Origin: a virus
Taxonomy: Duplodnaviria; Caudoviricetes
Strand: one strand, 5' to 3'
Length of the DNA: 62,698 nucleotides
IMG/VR virus record: IMGVR_UViG_3300043403_000045
Span: 1-62,698 of that record
Shown: positions 9,321-17,270 of the stretch, one piece after another
Numbering within the stretch: the stretch's first letter is position 1
How the letters are laid out: the number at the start of each line of letters is the position of its first letter
Made by a program: the position numbers and the translations under genes
The notes under the pieces: generated by a model
Told to the model about the DNA's origin: nothing
The model's database searches: none
What the model saw: the letters and a program-made list of their open reading frames with translations, nothing else

Positions 9321-9941
9321 ATGAAAAACAAAGTTGAATTAATTGGGCACTACGGCTCAGATGAAACCCACGCTTTATCCGCATGGACGAGCACATCGCG
9401 GGAATTAACTGATGAAAAGCAGAAACGCATTCCAGCTATTCTTGGGATGTTGGCTGAAAATATGCACCATACTCCATTTGAAAAAAGCACACTTCATTTT
9501 TTGGTGCGATGTGAAACAGCTAGTCATATACACATTCTTAAGCACCGCATTGGGGTGAGCGTTAACGGAGAATCATCTCGCTATAAGCAATTATCCACAC
9601 CAACCGCTATTATCCCTGACGATTGGCCTCCAGTGCTTCAATCGGCGTTAAGCAATCATTTTGAGGCATCCGTAGAGCTATATGAAAAAGCATTGGCTGC
9701 GCTTACGCCCACGCTAGGAAGGGCACGCGCAAAAGAATCTGCTCGATTTTTCTTGCCATATGCAAATCAACTAACGTTAGATGTTTCTTTTAATTTCCGT
9801 TCCTTTGTCCACTTCTTAGGTCTTCGTAATAAGCCTGAAGCACAAAAAGAAATTAGGGAAATTGCGCAGGAAATGCTACAACAGGTAAAGGCAATAAAAG
9901 GGAATCCATTTCAGTATACAATTGAAGCGTTTAAACTATGA
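9321..9941 (+). CDS. thyX: FAD-dependent thymidylate synthase
   Basis: HHTPFEK, KHRIGVSVNGESSRY (ThyX motif), KESARFFLP, NFRSFVHFLGLR, AQKEIRE. Confidence 0.95.
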   Translation: MKNKVELIGHYGSDETHALSAWTSTSRELTDEKQKRIPAILGMLAENMHHTPFEKSTLHFLVRCETASHIHILKHRIGVSVNGESSRYKQLSTPTAIIPDDWPPVLQSALSNHFEASVELYEKALAALTPTLGRARAKESARFFLPYANQLTLDVSFNFRSFVHFLGLRNKPEAQKEIREIAQEMLQQVKAIKGNPFQYTIEAFKL

Positions 9942-10002
9942 ATGATATATTTATAGCATTTATAGTTGGAGTAATAATCTCTTATCTAATAATAATAAAA
10001 AA

Positions 10003-10779
10003 ATGAACACTGGAAAAGAAAAAAAAGAACACGTAGTTACCGAAATTTATTTCCCGTTAGGAAGTGATGTTCCCTATTTGCGCAGAACGAGCAAGCCGAT
10101 GCAGTGTGATGATCCTGAGCTGCAAACCTGTTCTGCGGAAAATTATGACAAATGGTTAAAGGTAACCGATGTACCTAGTGACTTAGCAGGATTTCAACAT
10201 GTTGTTATTTGGCCACCACACAGGGGTGACCTGATGGTCGTACAGCAATTTACGTGTCAATGGTTTACTGATGAGGAAATCAAAAATTCGCATTTGTATG
10301 TTAATTTTGATTCTTATAAAGCGTACCGGAAGATTCCCGTAGCCAACCATGCATCTATTGCATCGCCTGAAGTTAAGTCTCTAATTGAAGAGCATAAGAA
10401 AATCCAATTAGACCCTAAGGGTTCCGAAGGCAAGAAAAAGCCACAGCTTCAGCTTATTCCGCCCGTATTCAATATACAAGTGGCAGATGCTTTAGCCTTT
10501 GGCGGAGAAAAATATGGCCCTTGGAATTGGCGCAAGAATAAGGTAGAGTACATGACATACCTAGGGGCAATGAAACGGCATATAGACGCCCTGCTAGAAG
10601 GTGAGAATACGGCACCTGATAGCGGCGTACATCACCTAGGCCACATTGCTGCGTCTTGCGCTATTGTGCTCGACGCCACCAAGCAATGCACCTTAGTAGA
10701 TAATCGACCAACGATTCCTAATCGTGTTACAGGCGACGGTGGCGCATACACAGGAGTTGAATCACCATGTCGGACCTAA
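10003..10779 (+). CDS. dATP/dGTP diphosphohydrolase-domain (DUF5664-like) protein with an N-terminal extension
   Basis: KPQLQLIPP..ALAFGGEKYGPWNWRK..AMKRH..DSGVHHLGH. Confidence 0.8.
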   Translation: MNTGKEKKEHVVTEIYFPLGSDVPYLRRTSKPMQCDDPELQTCSAENYDKWLKVTDVPSDLAGFQHVVIWPPHRGDLMVVQQFTCQWFTDEEIKNSHLYVNFDSYKAYRKIPVANHASIASPEVKSLIEEHKKIQLDPKGSEGKKKPQLQLIPPVFNIQVADALAFGGEKYGPWNWRKNKVEYMTYLGAMKRHIDALLEGENTAPDSGVHHLGHIAASCAIVLDATKQCTLVDNRPTIPNRVTGDGGAYTGVESPCRT

Positions 10780-11261
10780 TTAGTTTCCCTGAAGAACAAC
10801 CAGATTTGCCTGTACCTGTTGAAGCTCCACGCGCCAAGAAATCAAAAATGGCGGAAGAGAAATTTTACCCATCTCTAATCGTTCGAGATAAGAGTGGTGA
10901 TGAGTTTCCTGTGCCTACTGATGCAGGAGCCAATGCTTTAGCAAACCAGTTACTTGCCTCTAAAATGCGTTCGCATTATGCTCGCATGTTGAAAGACGTG
11001 GAAGATCAAAAGCTTATCCTAGAGCCAAAGGCACTTAAAGAACTTTACCAATGCGGACAAATCGTTGCAGACATTAGCGAAAAAGCTTTCGCGAATAATC
11101 TTGCTACCAATGAGGCGATCCAGCATGGCAACTCGGTTTTGGTAGTTGCAGGCGAGATGGTAAAGAATGCTTTTGATGGCATGACTACAGCTCAAATGCG
11201 CGAAAAGAGGCTATCTGAAATAGGAAAGAAAAAAGAAATTAACGTGGAGGAAGTAAAATGA
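10767..11261 (+). CDS. Hypothetical protein (possible terminase small subunit-like)
   Basis: 164-aa helical ORF; function is a guess. Confidence 0.55.
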   Translation: MSDLISFPEEQPDLPVPVEAPRAKKSKMAEEKFYPSLIVRDKSGDEFPVPTDAGANALANQLLASKMRSHYARMLKDVEDQKLILEPKALKELYQCGQIVADISEKAFANNLATNEAIQHGNSVLVVAGEMVKNAFDGMTTAQMREKRLSEIGKKKEINVEEVK

Positions 11262-11497
11262 GCGAAAACAATGATGCAAAAATACTCGATGCCGCCGCCG
11301 CTGCTCTGGGCGAGCACTTTGACCACGTAGTAATCTTGTGCTCCAAGGACAGTCATGACTACGCTTTTAGTGCAGCGATTTATGGAAATAAGCACGTAGC
11401 TTATGCGATGCTCAACCAAGCACTATGGCTAGAAGAGGAAGCATTAGGATTGGCTACCCAAAAAGAAATAGATGAGATAGACGAAGAAGAGGATTAA
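11258..11497 (+). CDS. Hypothetical acidic protein
   Basis: Coupled ORF with an acidic tail. Confidence 0.65.
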   Translation: MSENNDAKILDAAAAALGEHFDHVVILCSKDSHDYAFSAAIYGNKHVAYAMLNQALWLEEEALGLATQKEIDEIDEEED

Positions 11498-11501
11498 GAA
11501 A

Positions 11502-11777
11502 ATGAAAGCACCGATTAGAGAGCCTTACGACTCGCCTCTGCGCTGGCTAATTGAATCTTCCTCAACTAATCACAAGCCGTATCTCGTTGATCTATCACAG
11601 TATAACGGAGTCGGCGAGTGTCAGTGCAGATTTTGGGTTTGCAATGTTGGCCCAAAAGTGAAGCGTGGGGAAGTAGTGCATTGCAAGCATGTCAGAATAG
11701 CTAGAGAACGATTCACTAATTGGGCAATCGAAGCATTTAAGAATCACGACAAAAACCAAAAAAAATATGAACAATAA
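11502..11777 (+). CDS. SWIM-type zinc finger protein
   Basis: CQC...CKH (CxC-xn-CxH). Confidence 0.65.
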   Translation: MKAPIREPYDSPLRWLIESSSTNHKPYLVDLSQYNGVGECQCRFWVCNVGPKVKRGEVVHCKHVRIARERFTNWAIEAFKNHDKNQKKYEQ

Positions 11778-11931
11778 TAACGAAATAAAAACCGAAACGA
11801 TAAGAGGACTAGACGAGCTGTTTAAGGCAATAGACGATTATGAATCGCAGCTAACAGATGAAGACATTGATGAGCTATATACACTAGATGCATTAAGAAA
11901 GAAAACCAAGGGGGCTCCACATGAACTATAA
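11767..11931 (+). CDS. Small hypothetical protein (54 aa, not in the ORF track)
   Basis: MNNNNEIKTETIRGLDELFKAIDDY... fills the gap and overlaps both neighbours. Confidence 0.55.
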   Translation: MNNNNEIKTETIRGLDELFKAIDDYESQLTDEDIDELYTLDALRKKTKGAPHEL

Positions 11932-12121
11932 TATAACAATTAAAAAAGAAGCTACTTATATGCTATATGTAGTGTTTGTACTAATTTTATTCTCCGTATC
12001 ACTTCCGATTATATTTACGGTGCGATTAGTATTTGCATCGCTTGATATACTTTCTGGGATTGTGTGCGACATTGGAGATGCACTAGATATGGTTACCCAG
12101 AATTTTATTAAAAAACAATGA
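11921..12121 (+). CDS. Small membrane protein
   Basis: Hydrophobic helix. Confidence 0.55.
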   Translation: MNYNITIKKEATYMLYVVFVLILFSVSLPIIFTVRLVFASLDILSGIVCDIGDALDMVTQNFIKKQ

Positions 12122-12300
12122 AAATTAAAATAGCTCTTCGTGTCGCGTCATTTGCGATTTGTGCATCCGCGCTAAATGTGTTATTCATACCTGTGCGTAT
12201 GCTGCATGCATTTTATAATATAATTAAATATACAGGCATCGACTTAATCACTAGCGCAAAAGATGCCGTATCTCACTACAAAAGGGAGATTAAACGATGA
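12118..12300 (+). CDS. Small membrane protein
   Basis: Hydrophobic; ATGA-coupled. Confidence 0.55.
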   Translation: MKIKIALRVASFAICASALNVLFIPVRMLHAFYNIIKYTGIDLITSAKDAVSHYKREIKR

Positions 12301-12656
12301 GCCCTATTGAATTAGACGCATTATCTGACCGCAAGCTCCTAGAGTCATGTCACGCCATGTTGCTTCAATTAACAGCAAAAAAAGCGTGCACGCCTAGGGC
12401 CGACAAGGTTACGTTTGTGCCGCCTACTCTGGAGGAAGTAAAGCGATATTGTGCTGAATCCGGCCTAGTGATTGATGCAAATTTTTTCTGGAATTATTTC
12501 CATAAAACCAGTTGGGTAGATGCCAATGGAAATAAAGTAAAAAACTGGAAGCTCAAAGCAAATACTTGGTCTGCGCAAAAAGATGCAAAAAAACAAACTG
12601 GTAGCTTATCTTTAAATAGAGACATAGATTCATTGATTATTGCCGCTGGAATGTAA
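12297..12656 (+). CDS. Replication-initiator C-terminal-like domain protein
   Basis: FVPPTLEEVKRYC...FFWNYF...W.....KVKNWK resembles the C-terminal domain of phage replisome organisers. Confidence 0.55.
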   Translation: MSPIELDALSDRKLLESCHAMLLQLTAKKACTPRADKVTFVPPTLEEVKRYCAESGLVIDANFFWNYFHKTSWVDANGNKVKNWKLKANTWSAQKDAKKQTGSLSLNRDIDSLIIAAGM

Positions 12657-12756
12657 TGGGGAAGCTAAACAAAAAAATCTGGATTGAAATAGCTCCGGGC
12701 TATTTTGCTAAAGTAGATAGGCAACTCCAAAAATACGCAAATAAGGTTATACGAAA

Positions 12757-13179
12757 ATGGCGTCCAAAAATCAAAAAACTAAGCAAGGCCGAGGCTCGCG
12801 CTTTGGCATTAAAGCTCCTTCGGAATCACAGATAGGTTCCGCCTTCTATCGGTGGTGGTGTATGGCCTATAAAGGGCTAGGGGTGCCAAGCGCAAGCCTC
12901 TTGTTTCATATTCCAAATGAGGGAGCAGGCGGTAATCCGATCCGTGGAGCAATGCTTAAGCGTCAGGGCGTAGTGAATGGTGTTCCAGACTACTTTCTTG
13001 CCGTTGCCCGCAAGGGATTCAATGGGTTATTTATTGAGCTAAAGAAAGACACAGGAAGGGCTTCCAAAGAACAGGATAAAATAATTGTCGAATTAACTTG
13101 TCAGGGGTATCTAGCTTGTGTCTGCTATTCGTTCGAAGAGGCAGTAAATTTAGTTGAAGGCTATCTTAAATCAAAATAA
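12757..13179 (+). CDS. VRR-NUC domain nuclease
   Basis: ESQI..LFHIPNEG..GVVNGVPDYF..LFIELKK..GRASKEQ. Confidence 0.85.
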   Translation: MASKNQKTKQGRGSRFGIKAPSESQIGSAFYRWWCMAYKGLGVPSASLLFHIPNEGAGGNPIRGAMLKRQGVVNGVPDYFLAVARKGFNGLFIELKKDTGRASKEQDKIIVELTCQGYLACVCYSFEEAVNLVEGYLKSK

Positions 13180-13183
13180 ATCC

Positions 13184-13969
13184 ATGCACTGGTACAAATA
13201 TAATGAAGACGGCACAATTGAAAGCCGTTACGACGCTGACTTGCGCGAAGCTCGCAAGCAAAAGTTATTTATCTCTATCACTACAGTTGACAAAGAAATT
13301 CGCGCTAATTGGGCGATAGGCGACTATCTGCAACGCCAAACAGTTAAGGCGTGCCTAGATAACCCATCTTGGGCTAACGAAGATCAAAACGATTATTTAA
13401 CAAGAATTCGCATTGAGGCAGGCAAGCATTCCAAGAATGCCGCATCGAAAGGTGATGAAATCCATAAGGTTTTTGAGGACTACCCTCAAATGCCTTTAAA
13501 TCAAGATTACCTACCTTATTATGACCTTGCTAGCAAGTATTACGATACGCACATAATCAGCACTAGACATCGCGAAATCATGCTGGCACACCCACGCATT
13601 GGTATTGCTGGGCGTATGGATTTTATTGGAGAACACAAAAAGTATGGTCCTGTAATTATAGATTGGAAAACACAAGAGTTTAAGCACAAAGATAAGTCCA
13701 AGACTGGGCCACGCAAAGCAGGTTTCTGGGAAAGCTGGCCACGTCAACTAGCCGCAGGCAGGTATATGTACTGGCTTAAAACCGGAGAGTGGCGTAAATG
13801 TGTTTCAGTAGCTATTGATTCTAAAGAAGCTGGAATGTATGAAGAATACTTATGGACTGATGAAGAAATCGATAAAGCATATCAAGAGTTCCTGTGCCAT
13901 GCTTGGTTATATTTTACATCCAAGAACTATTGGCCATGCGGAAAGTGGGAGTTGGAGTTTGAATTTTAA
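13184..13969 (+). CDS. PD-(D/E)XK exonuclease
   Basis: SITT, GDEIH, AGRMDFI, IIDWKT, QLAA. Confidence 0.8.
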   Translation: MHWYKYNEDGTIESRYDADLREARKQKLFISITTVDKEIRANWAIGDYLQRQTVKACLDNPSWANEDQNDYLTRIRIEAGKHSKNAASKGDEIHKVFEDYPQMPLNQDYLPYYDLASKYYDTHIISTRHREIMLAHPRIGIAGRMDFIGEHKKYGPVIIDWKTQEFKHKDKSKTGPRKAGFWESWPRQLAAGRYMYWLKTGEWRKCVSVAIDSKEAGMYEEYLWTDEEIDKAYQEFLCHAWLYFTSKNYWPCGKWELEFEF

Positions 13970-14027
13970 TAGCTTAAAAATAAAAACCATTATCTTTACC
14001 GATAGTCGCCCACTTTAGAATTATTAA

Positions 14028-14360
14028 ATGAAAATATATAACCAAATTGTCGACGAATACTTTAAAAGTCATCCCGAAGCGTGGGTAGAAGTGAAGCGGG
14101 CAGACGAAAGCATTCAGAGCGTGATCGCTCGCGAGGAATTAGCGCGACTACATCACACAAACGGCATCGATCCATCTATGTTGGAGTGCGCTCTAATCAA
14201 GCTCAATAAGCCAACAATTCCTGAGCAACTCCACGACGACTATCAGCGCGTATACACGGAACACCGAGCTACTGGCAAACGTGGCTTGGTGCGCGAGATC
14301 ATCGTCGCCAAAACCGCAGACGATTCTTTAGCGAACGACCAAGATCACCCACGCGAATGA
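14028..14360 (+). CDS. Hypothetical protein, distal ORF of cassette array 2
   Basis: Ends ANDQDHPRE inside attC-like site A. Confidence 0.7.
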   Translation: MKIYNQIVDEYFKSHPEAWVEVKRADESIQSVIAREELARLHHTNGIDPSMLECALIKLNKPTIPEQLHDDYQRVYTEHRATGKRGLVREIIVAKTADDSLANDQDHPRE

Positions 14361-14418
14361 AAACTCAAGAACAACAAAAAGAAGCCGAGCCCGCGTTGGG
14401 GGTGGTGGCTGGTTCGGC
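14330..14418 (-). mobile_element. attC-like site A
   Basis: Minus strand: GCCGAAC-cagcc..CCCCAACGCG..loop..CGCGTGGGTG..GTTCGCT. Confidence 0.7.
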
Positions 14419-14641
14419 TGCTCGTGGAACGCCAGCCAGCATCGCAAAGCGACTCCGCTGGCTCTCGCACCGTATGCAATCCGTCGGGGCGGAAATGGAA
14501 TACTACGGAGGCTTTGGAGAAATCGGAGATCACGGGCGCGAAATGCAGGGAGCCGCTAGCATCGCATTTTGCTGGGCAAAGGGCATCGAAGCATCCTTGG
14601 CGAACACCCGCTCTTCAGCTACGCCGAACCATGGACGCTAA
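14357..14641 (+). CDS. Hypothetical cassette protein
   Basis: Starts in the loop of site A and ends in the loop of site B; GC-rich. Confidence 0.7.
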   Translation: MKTQEQQKEAEPALGVVAGSAARGTPASIAKRLRWLSHRMQSVGAEMEYYGGFGEIGDHGREMQGAASIAFCWAKGIEASLANTRSSATPNHGR

Positions 14642-14690
14642 AATTAAAACTGACATCGTAGAGGCGTTGCGCTGTGAGGCTTTGTTCGGC
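14599..14690 (-). mobile_element. attC-like site B
   Basis: Plus strand: GGCGAAC..TCAGCTACGCC..loop..GGCGTTGCGCTG..GTTCGGC. Confidence 0.6.
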
Positions 14691-14877
14691 TCTTCACCGC
14701 TTCGTGATGGGCATCGGTTGGACCGATCTTGGCACCGCTTTCGCGCTGATCGTGGTCGGCAACATCTGCCTCGGCGATGGCCACCTGTGGCGTGGCCTGT
14801 GGTGCTGGATGCTCGGCATCACGGTCTACGTCCGTGCTCCTCGCCCGAACCCGACCAGTGAGCCACGCGGAGAATAA
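14674..14877 (+). CDS. Small membrane cassette protein
   Basis: Two hydrophobic segments; ends PNPTSEPRGE in site C. Start is GTG 14674 or ATG 14707. Confidence 0.6.
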   Translation: MRLCSALHRFVMGIGWTDLGTAFALIVVGNICLGDGHLWRGLWCWMLGITVYVRAPRPNPTSEPRGE

Positions 14878-14931
14878 CCCTATGAAAAAAACACCTGAGA
14901 TTGCCCGCGTTGGCTCTACGGATTGTTCGGC
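14844..14931 (-). mobile_element. attC-like site C
   Basis: GTGAGCCACGCGG pairs with CCGCGT[T]GGCTC[T]AC, leaving two extrahelical bases; bounded by CCCGAAC and GTTCGGC. Confidence 0.75.
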
Positions 14932-15118
14932 CTGCTGGTGGGCAGTTTTCCCATGCGGCTGGAAGTGGGAAATCGGTAGCATGACTCGCGAGAACGAATC
15001 GCCGATTGCGATTTTCAGAATCAAGACGCACGCAACCGACTACAAAAATGTGATGTGGCCCAACCTTGGGGAAGTGCGCCCATGGCCGAACGCCCCTGAT
15101 CAGCCACGCGGAAAATGA
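14882..15118 (+). CDS. Hypothetical cassette protein
   Basis: ATG lies in the loop of site C; ends PNAPDQPRGK in site D. Confidence 0.65.
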   Translation: MKKTPEIARVGSTDCSACWWAVFPCGWKWEIGSMTRENESPIAIFRIKTHATDYKNVMWPNLGEVRPWPNAPDQPRGK

Positions 15119-15175
15119 GCACCGAAAAACAGGACGGAGCCCCGCCCGCGTTGGGCTGTATCGGGTTGGTTAGGC
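15085..15175 (-). mobile_element. attC-like site D
   Basis: GATCAGCCACGCGG pairs with CCGCGT[TG]GGCTG[T]ATC; bounded by GCCGAAC and GTTAGGC. Confidence 0.75.
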
Positions 15176-15336
15176 GGTTTGATTTTGATCGTTGCTGCGC
15201 CCGGATCGCCATCGCTCAACAGCGCATGAATATCGCTCCGACCTGCGACGAAACCGCTTACTGGTGCCGCATCTGGCGCGCCCGCCGTCGCATCTACCGA
15301 ATTGCCTCAAAACGTGAACTCCACCTTTTAGCCTAA
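15115..15336 (+). CDS. Hypothetical Arg-rich cassette protein
   Basis: ATGA coupling in the loop of site D; the stop is the TAA of GCCTAAC in the attI-like element. Confidence 0.6.
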   Translation: MSTEKQDGAPPALGCIGLVRRFDFDRCCARIAIAQQRMNIAPTCDETAYWCRIWRARRRIYRIASKRELHLLA

Positions 15337-15380
15337 CAAGGCTGTTATGACTTCCCCGCCTAAATAAGAAATACTTATGA
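15331..15380 (-). mobile_element. attI-like element, copy 2
   Basis: 47/50 identical to the reverse complement of 31622-31671; minus strand ends in GTTAGGC. Confidence 0.65.
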
Positions 15381-15928
15381 GACTTAAAATAGACAGAGAT
15401 CATTCCAAGCAACCAATTAACGGTTGGTCTTTTCGTGAAGAATTTGGAGTGACCCTAAAAGAAGATTCATTAAATGAGATGCTAAGGCGAATCGTGCGAT
15501 TCAGGGAAAGCAACATGTTACCCGTGGGAGATCCAGAACATGAGCTTGCACTACAATACTCGCAAACTCATCCTCATCTAGTAGTAAGAACAGAATCGTG
15601 TATTGTAAAGGAGTCTCGTGAAATGCTAGAGTTCATGCAATGGCTTACAGATATTTGGAAATGCCCCCCAAAGCTGATTTCCGATAAGGCAGAAATTCAG
15701 AGGCGCTCCAAAGCGTGCATATCTTGCAAATGGAATGATTCCGATTTTGCTTGCACCCCTGATAACATGAGGCGTATCTATGCAGTTTCAGGTGCGACAT
15801 CAAGCGATAGAATACACCGATGCGTAATACATGGATGGCACAATATCGTTGGATGCCGATTAAGTAAAACCGAAAAAAATGAACATCAGCCTGAGCATTG
15901 CTGGGCTGGTGAAGTACCTAAATTATAA
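15377..15928 (+). CDS. Cys/His-rich hypothetical protein
   Basis: CISCKWN and HCW; the start codon lies within the attI-like element. Confidence 0.7.
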   Translation: MRLKIDRDHSKQPINGWSFREEFGVTLKEDSLNEMLRRIVRFRESNMLPVGDPEHELALQYSQTHPHLVVRTESCIVKESREMLEFMQWLTDIWKCPPKLISDKAEIQRRSKACISCKWNDSDFACTPDNMRRIYAVSGATSSDRIHRCVIHGWHNIVGCRLSKTEKNEHQPEHCWAGEVPKL

Positions 15929-17226
15929 TGAAACCATCAAAAACTACTAACGAAGCTACACTATTAGGGTGTTTTTTAATTGATAATAATCTAATAGATA
16001 AAGCTGTCGCATCGGGATTGACAAAATCCCATTTCATTGAGCCTTGGCAATGTCAGTTCTTTGAGAAAGCAATCAAGATACGTGCCACTGGAGGAGTAGT
16101 CGATATTACTAGCTTAGCAGTAGAGGGAGTACCTTATGCAGATGCGATTACAGTAGAAAATGCAACTGGCACATCAATGCCGTACGCATCCGCGTTAGAT
16201 CAAGTACTTTGGGCATATTCCAAAAGTAAAATAGATATGCTATGCCTACAAGCCAAAGAAGTTATAAAGACAGATAGCGCAACTGACGATGCACGAAAGC
16301 AGGTGGCATCGCTAGTAACTCAGATGCAGGCGTGGATTGCGGACAAAAAAGATACGGCTAGGACTTGCGAGGAGATAGGTGCAGAAGTAGAGCAGTGGGC
16401 TCAAGACCTGATTGATGGCAAACCAGATAACCGTGTTAAAGTCGAATGGCCTTTGCCTACTATGAATGAGAGATTTGGCCCTATAATGCCGAATGAGTTA
16501 TGTTGCTTAGCGGCTCGTCCAAAGGAGGGTAAGACTTCCGTGGCCCTACAGATTATTGGGCATAACTTAAAGCGCGGACTAAAAATGGCTTACTTCACTA
16601 TGGAAACCAGTGATAGTGCCACACTGAAAATGATTGCCTCCCAGATGGCTCAAGTTGATTTGAGGAATATAGCTAACTCACCTAGGGACAAACAGCAAAA
16701 TTTCCTAAAGTATGTTAAGAAACTCCGTGCATCTAAGAACTTAGCTATTTTCGAGAAGGATATGAATATACTAAGTATTGAGGCGAGATGTCGCATGCTT
16801 AAGGCTGGCATGCAGCCCGATTTTATTGTCATAGACCACTTGCATCTAATTCAGAATGACTTTGGGGATAAGCAATATGAGAAGATCACTGATAGCGTTA
16901 ATCGGATAATCGAGCTGCGCAAACACATGGGATGTGCCATCATCCTATGTTTACAGCTAAATCGCGCTAATGTGAACGCAGAGCGTGCCCCCCGTGCATC
17001 TGACGCAAAAGACTCAGGCGCAATTGAAGCCGCTGCCCATCGCATGGTTATCCCTTATCGCCCACCTAATGATTTTATGGATCAACCACAAGTAGGCCCA
17101 GAGGCTTTGATGCGATCAACATACGACTATTTCTTCATTCAGGACATTTGCCGAGATGGGCCTAGCGGAGTAGTTAAGGCCACCTATTTATCTCAAATAA
17201 CAACCTTTATAGATTGCAATAAATAA
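15928..17226 (+). CDS. dnaB: DnaB-like replicative helicase
   Basis: NEATLLG, AARPKEGKT, FTME, IVIDHLHLI, QLNR, DAKDSGAIEAAAH. Confidence 0.9.
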   Translation: MKPSKTTNEATLLGCFLIDNNLIDKAVASGLTKSHFIEPWQCQFFEKAIKIRATGGVVDITSLAVEGVPYADAITVENATGTSMPYASALDQVLWAYSKSKIDMLCLQAKEVIKTDSATDDARKQVASLVTQMQAWIADKKDTARTCEEIGAEVEQWAQDLIDGKPDNRVKVEWPLPTMNERFGPIMPNELCCLAARPKEGKTSVALQIIGHNLKRGLKMAYFTMETSDSATLKMIASQMAQVDLRNIANSPRDKQQNFLKYVKKLRASKNLAIFEKDMNILSIEARCRMLKAGMQPDFIVIDHLHLIQNDFGDKQYEKITDSVNRIIELRKHMGCAIILCLQLNRANVNAERAPRASDAKDSGAIEAAAHRMVIPYRPPNDFMDQPQVGPEALMRSTYDYFFIQDICRDGPSGVVKATYLSQITTFIDCNK

Positions 17227-17270
17227 TAAAATGCGTTGACGATTGCTATACATTATAGCAAAACAAAAAC

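Noticed and set aside
10003-10779. Z-genome (2-aminoadenine) system
   Set aside because: No PurZ-like adenylosuccinate synthetase homologue is recognisable.
14330-15380. CRISPR array or REP/terminator hairpins
   Set aside because: The repeats are non-identical ~90-bp hairpins separated by gene-sized units, have no U-tails and are translated through.
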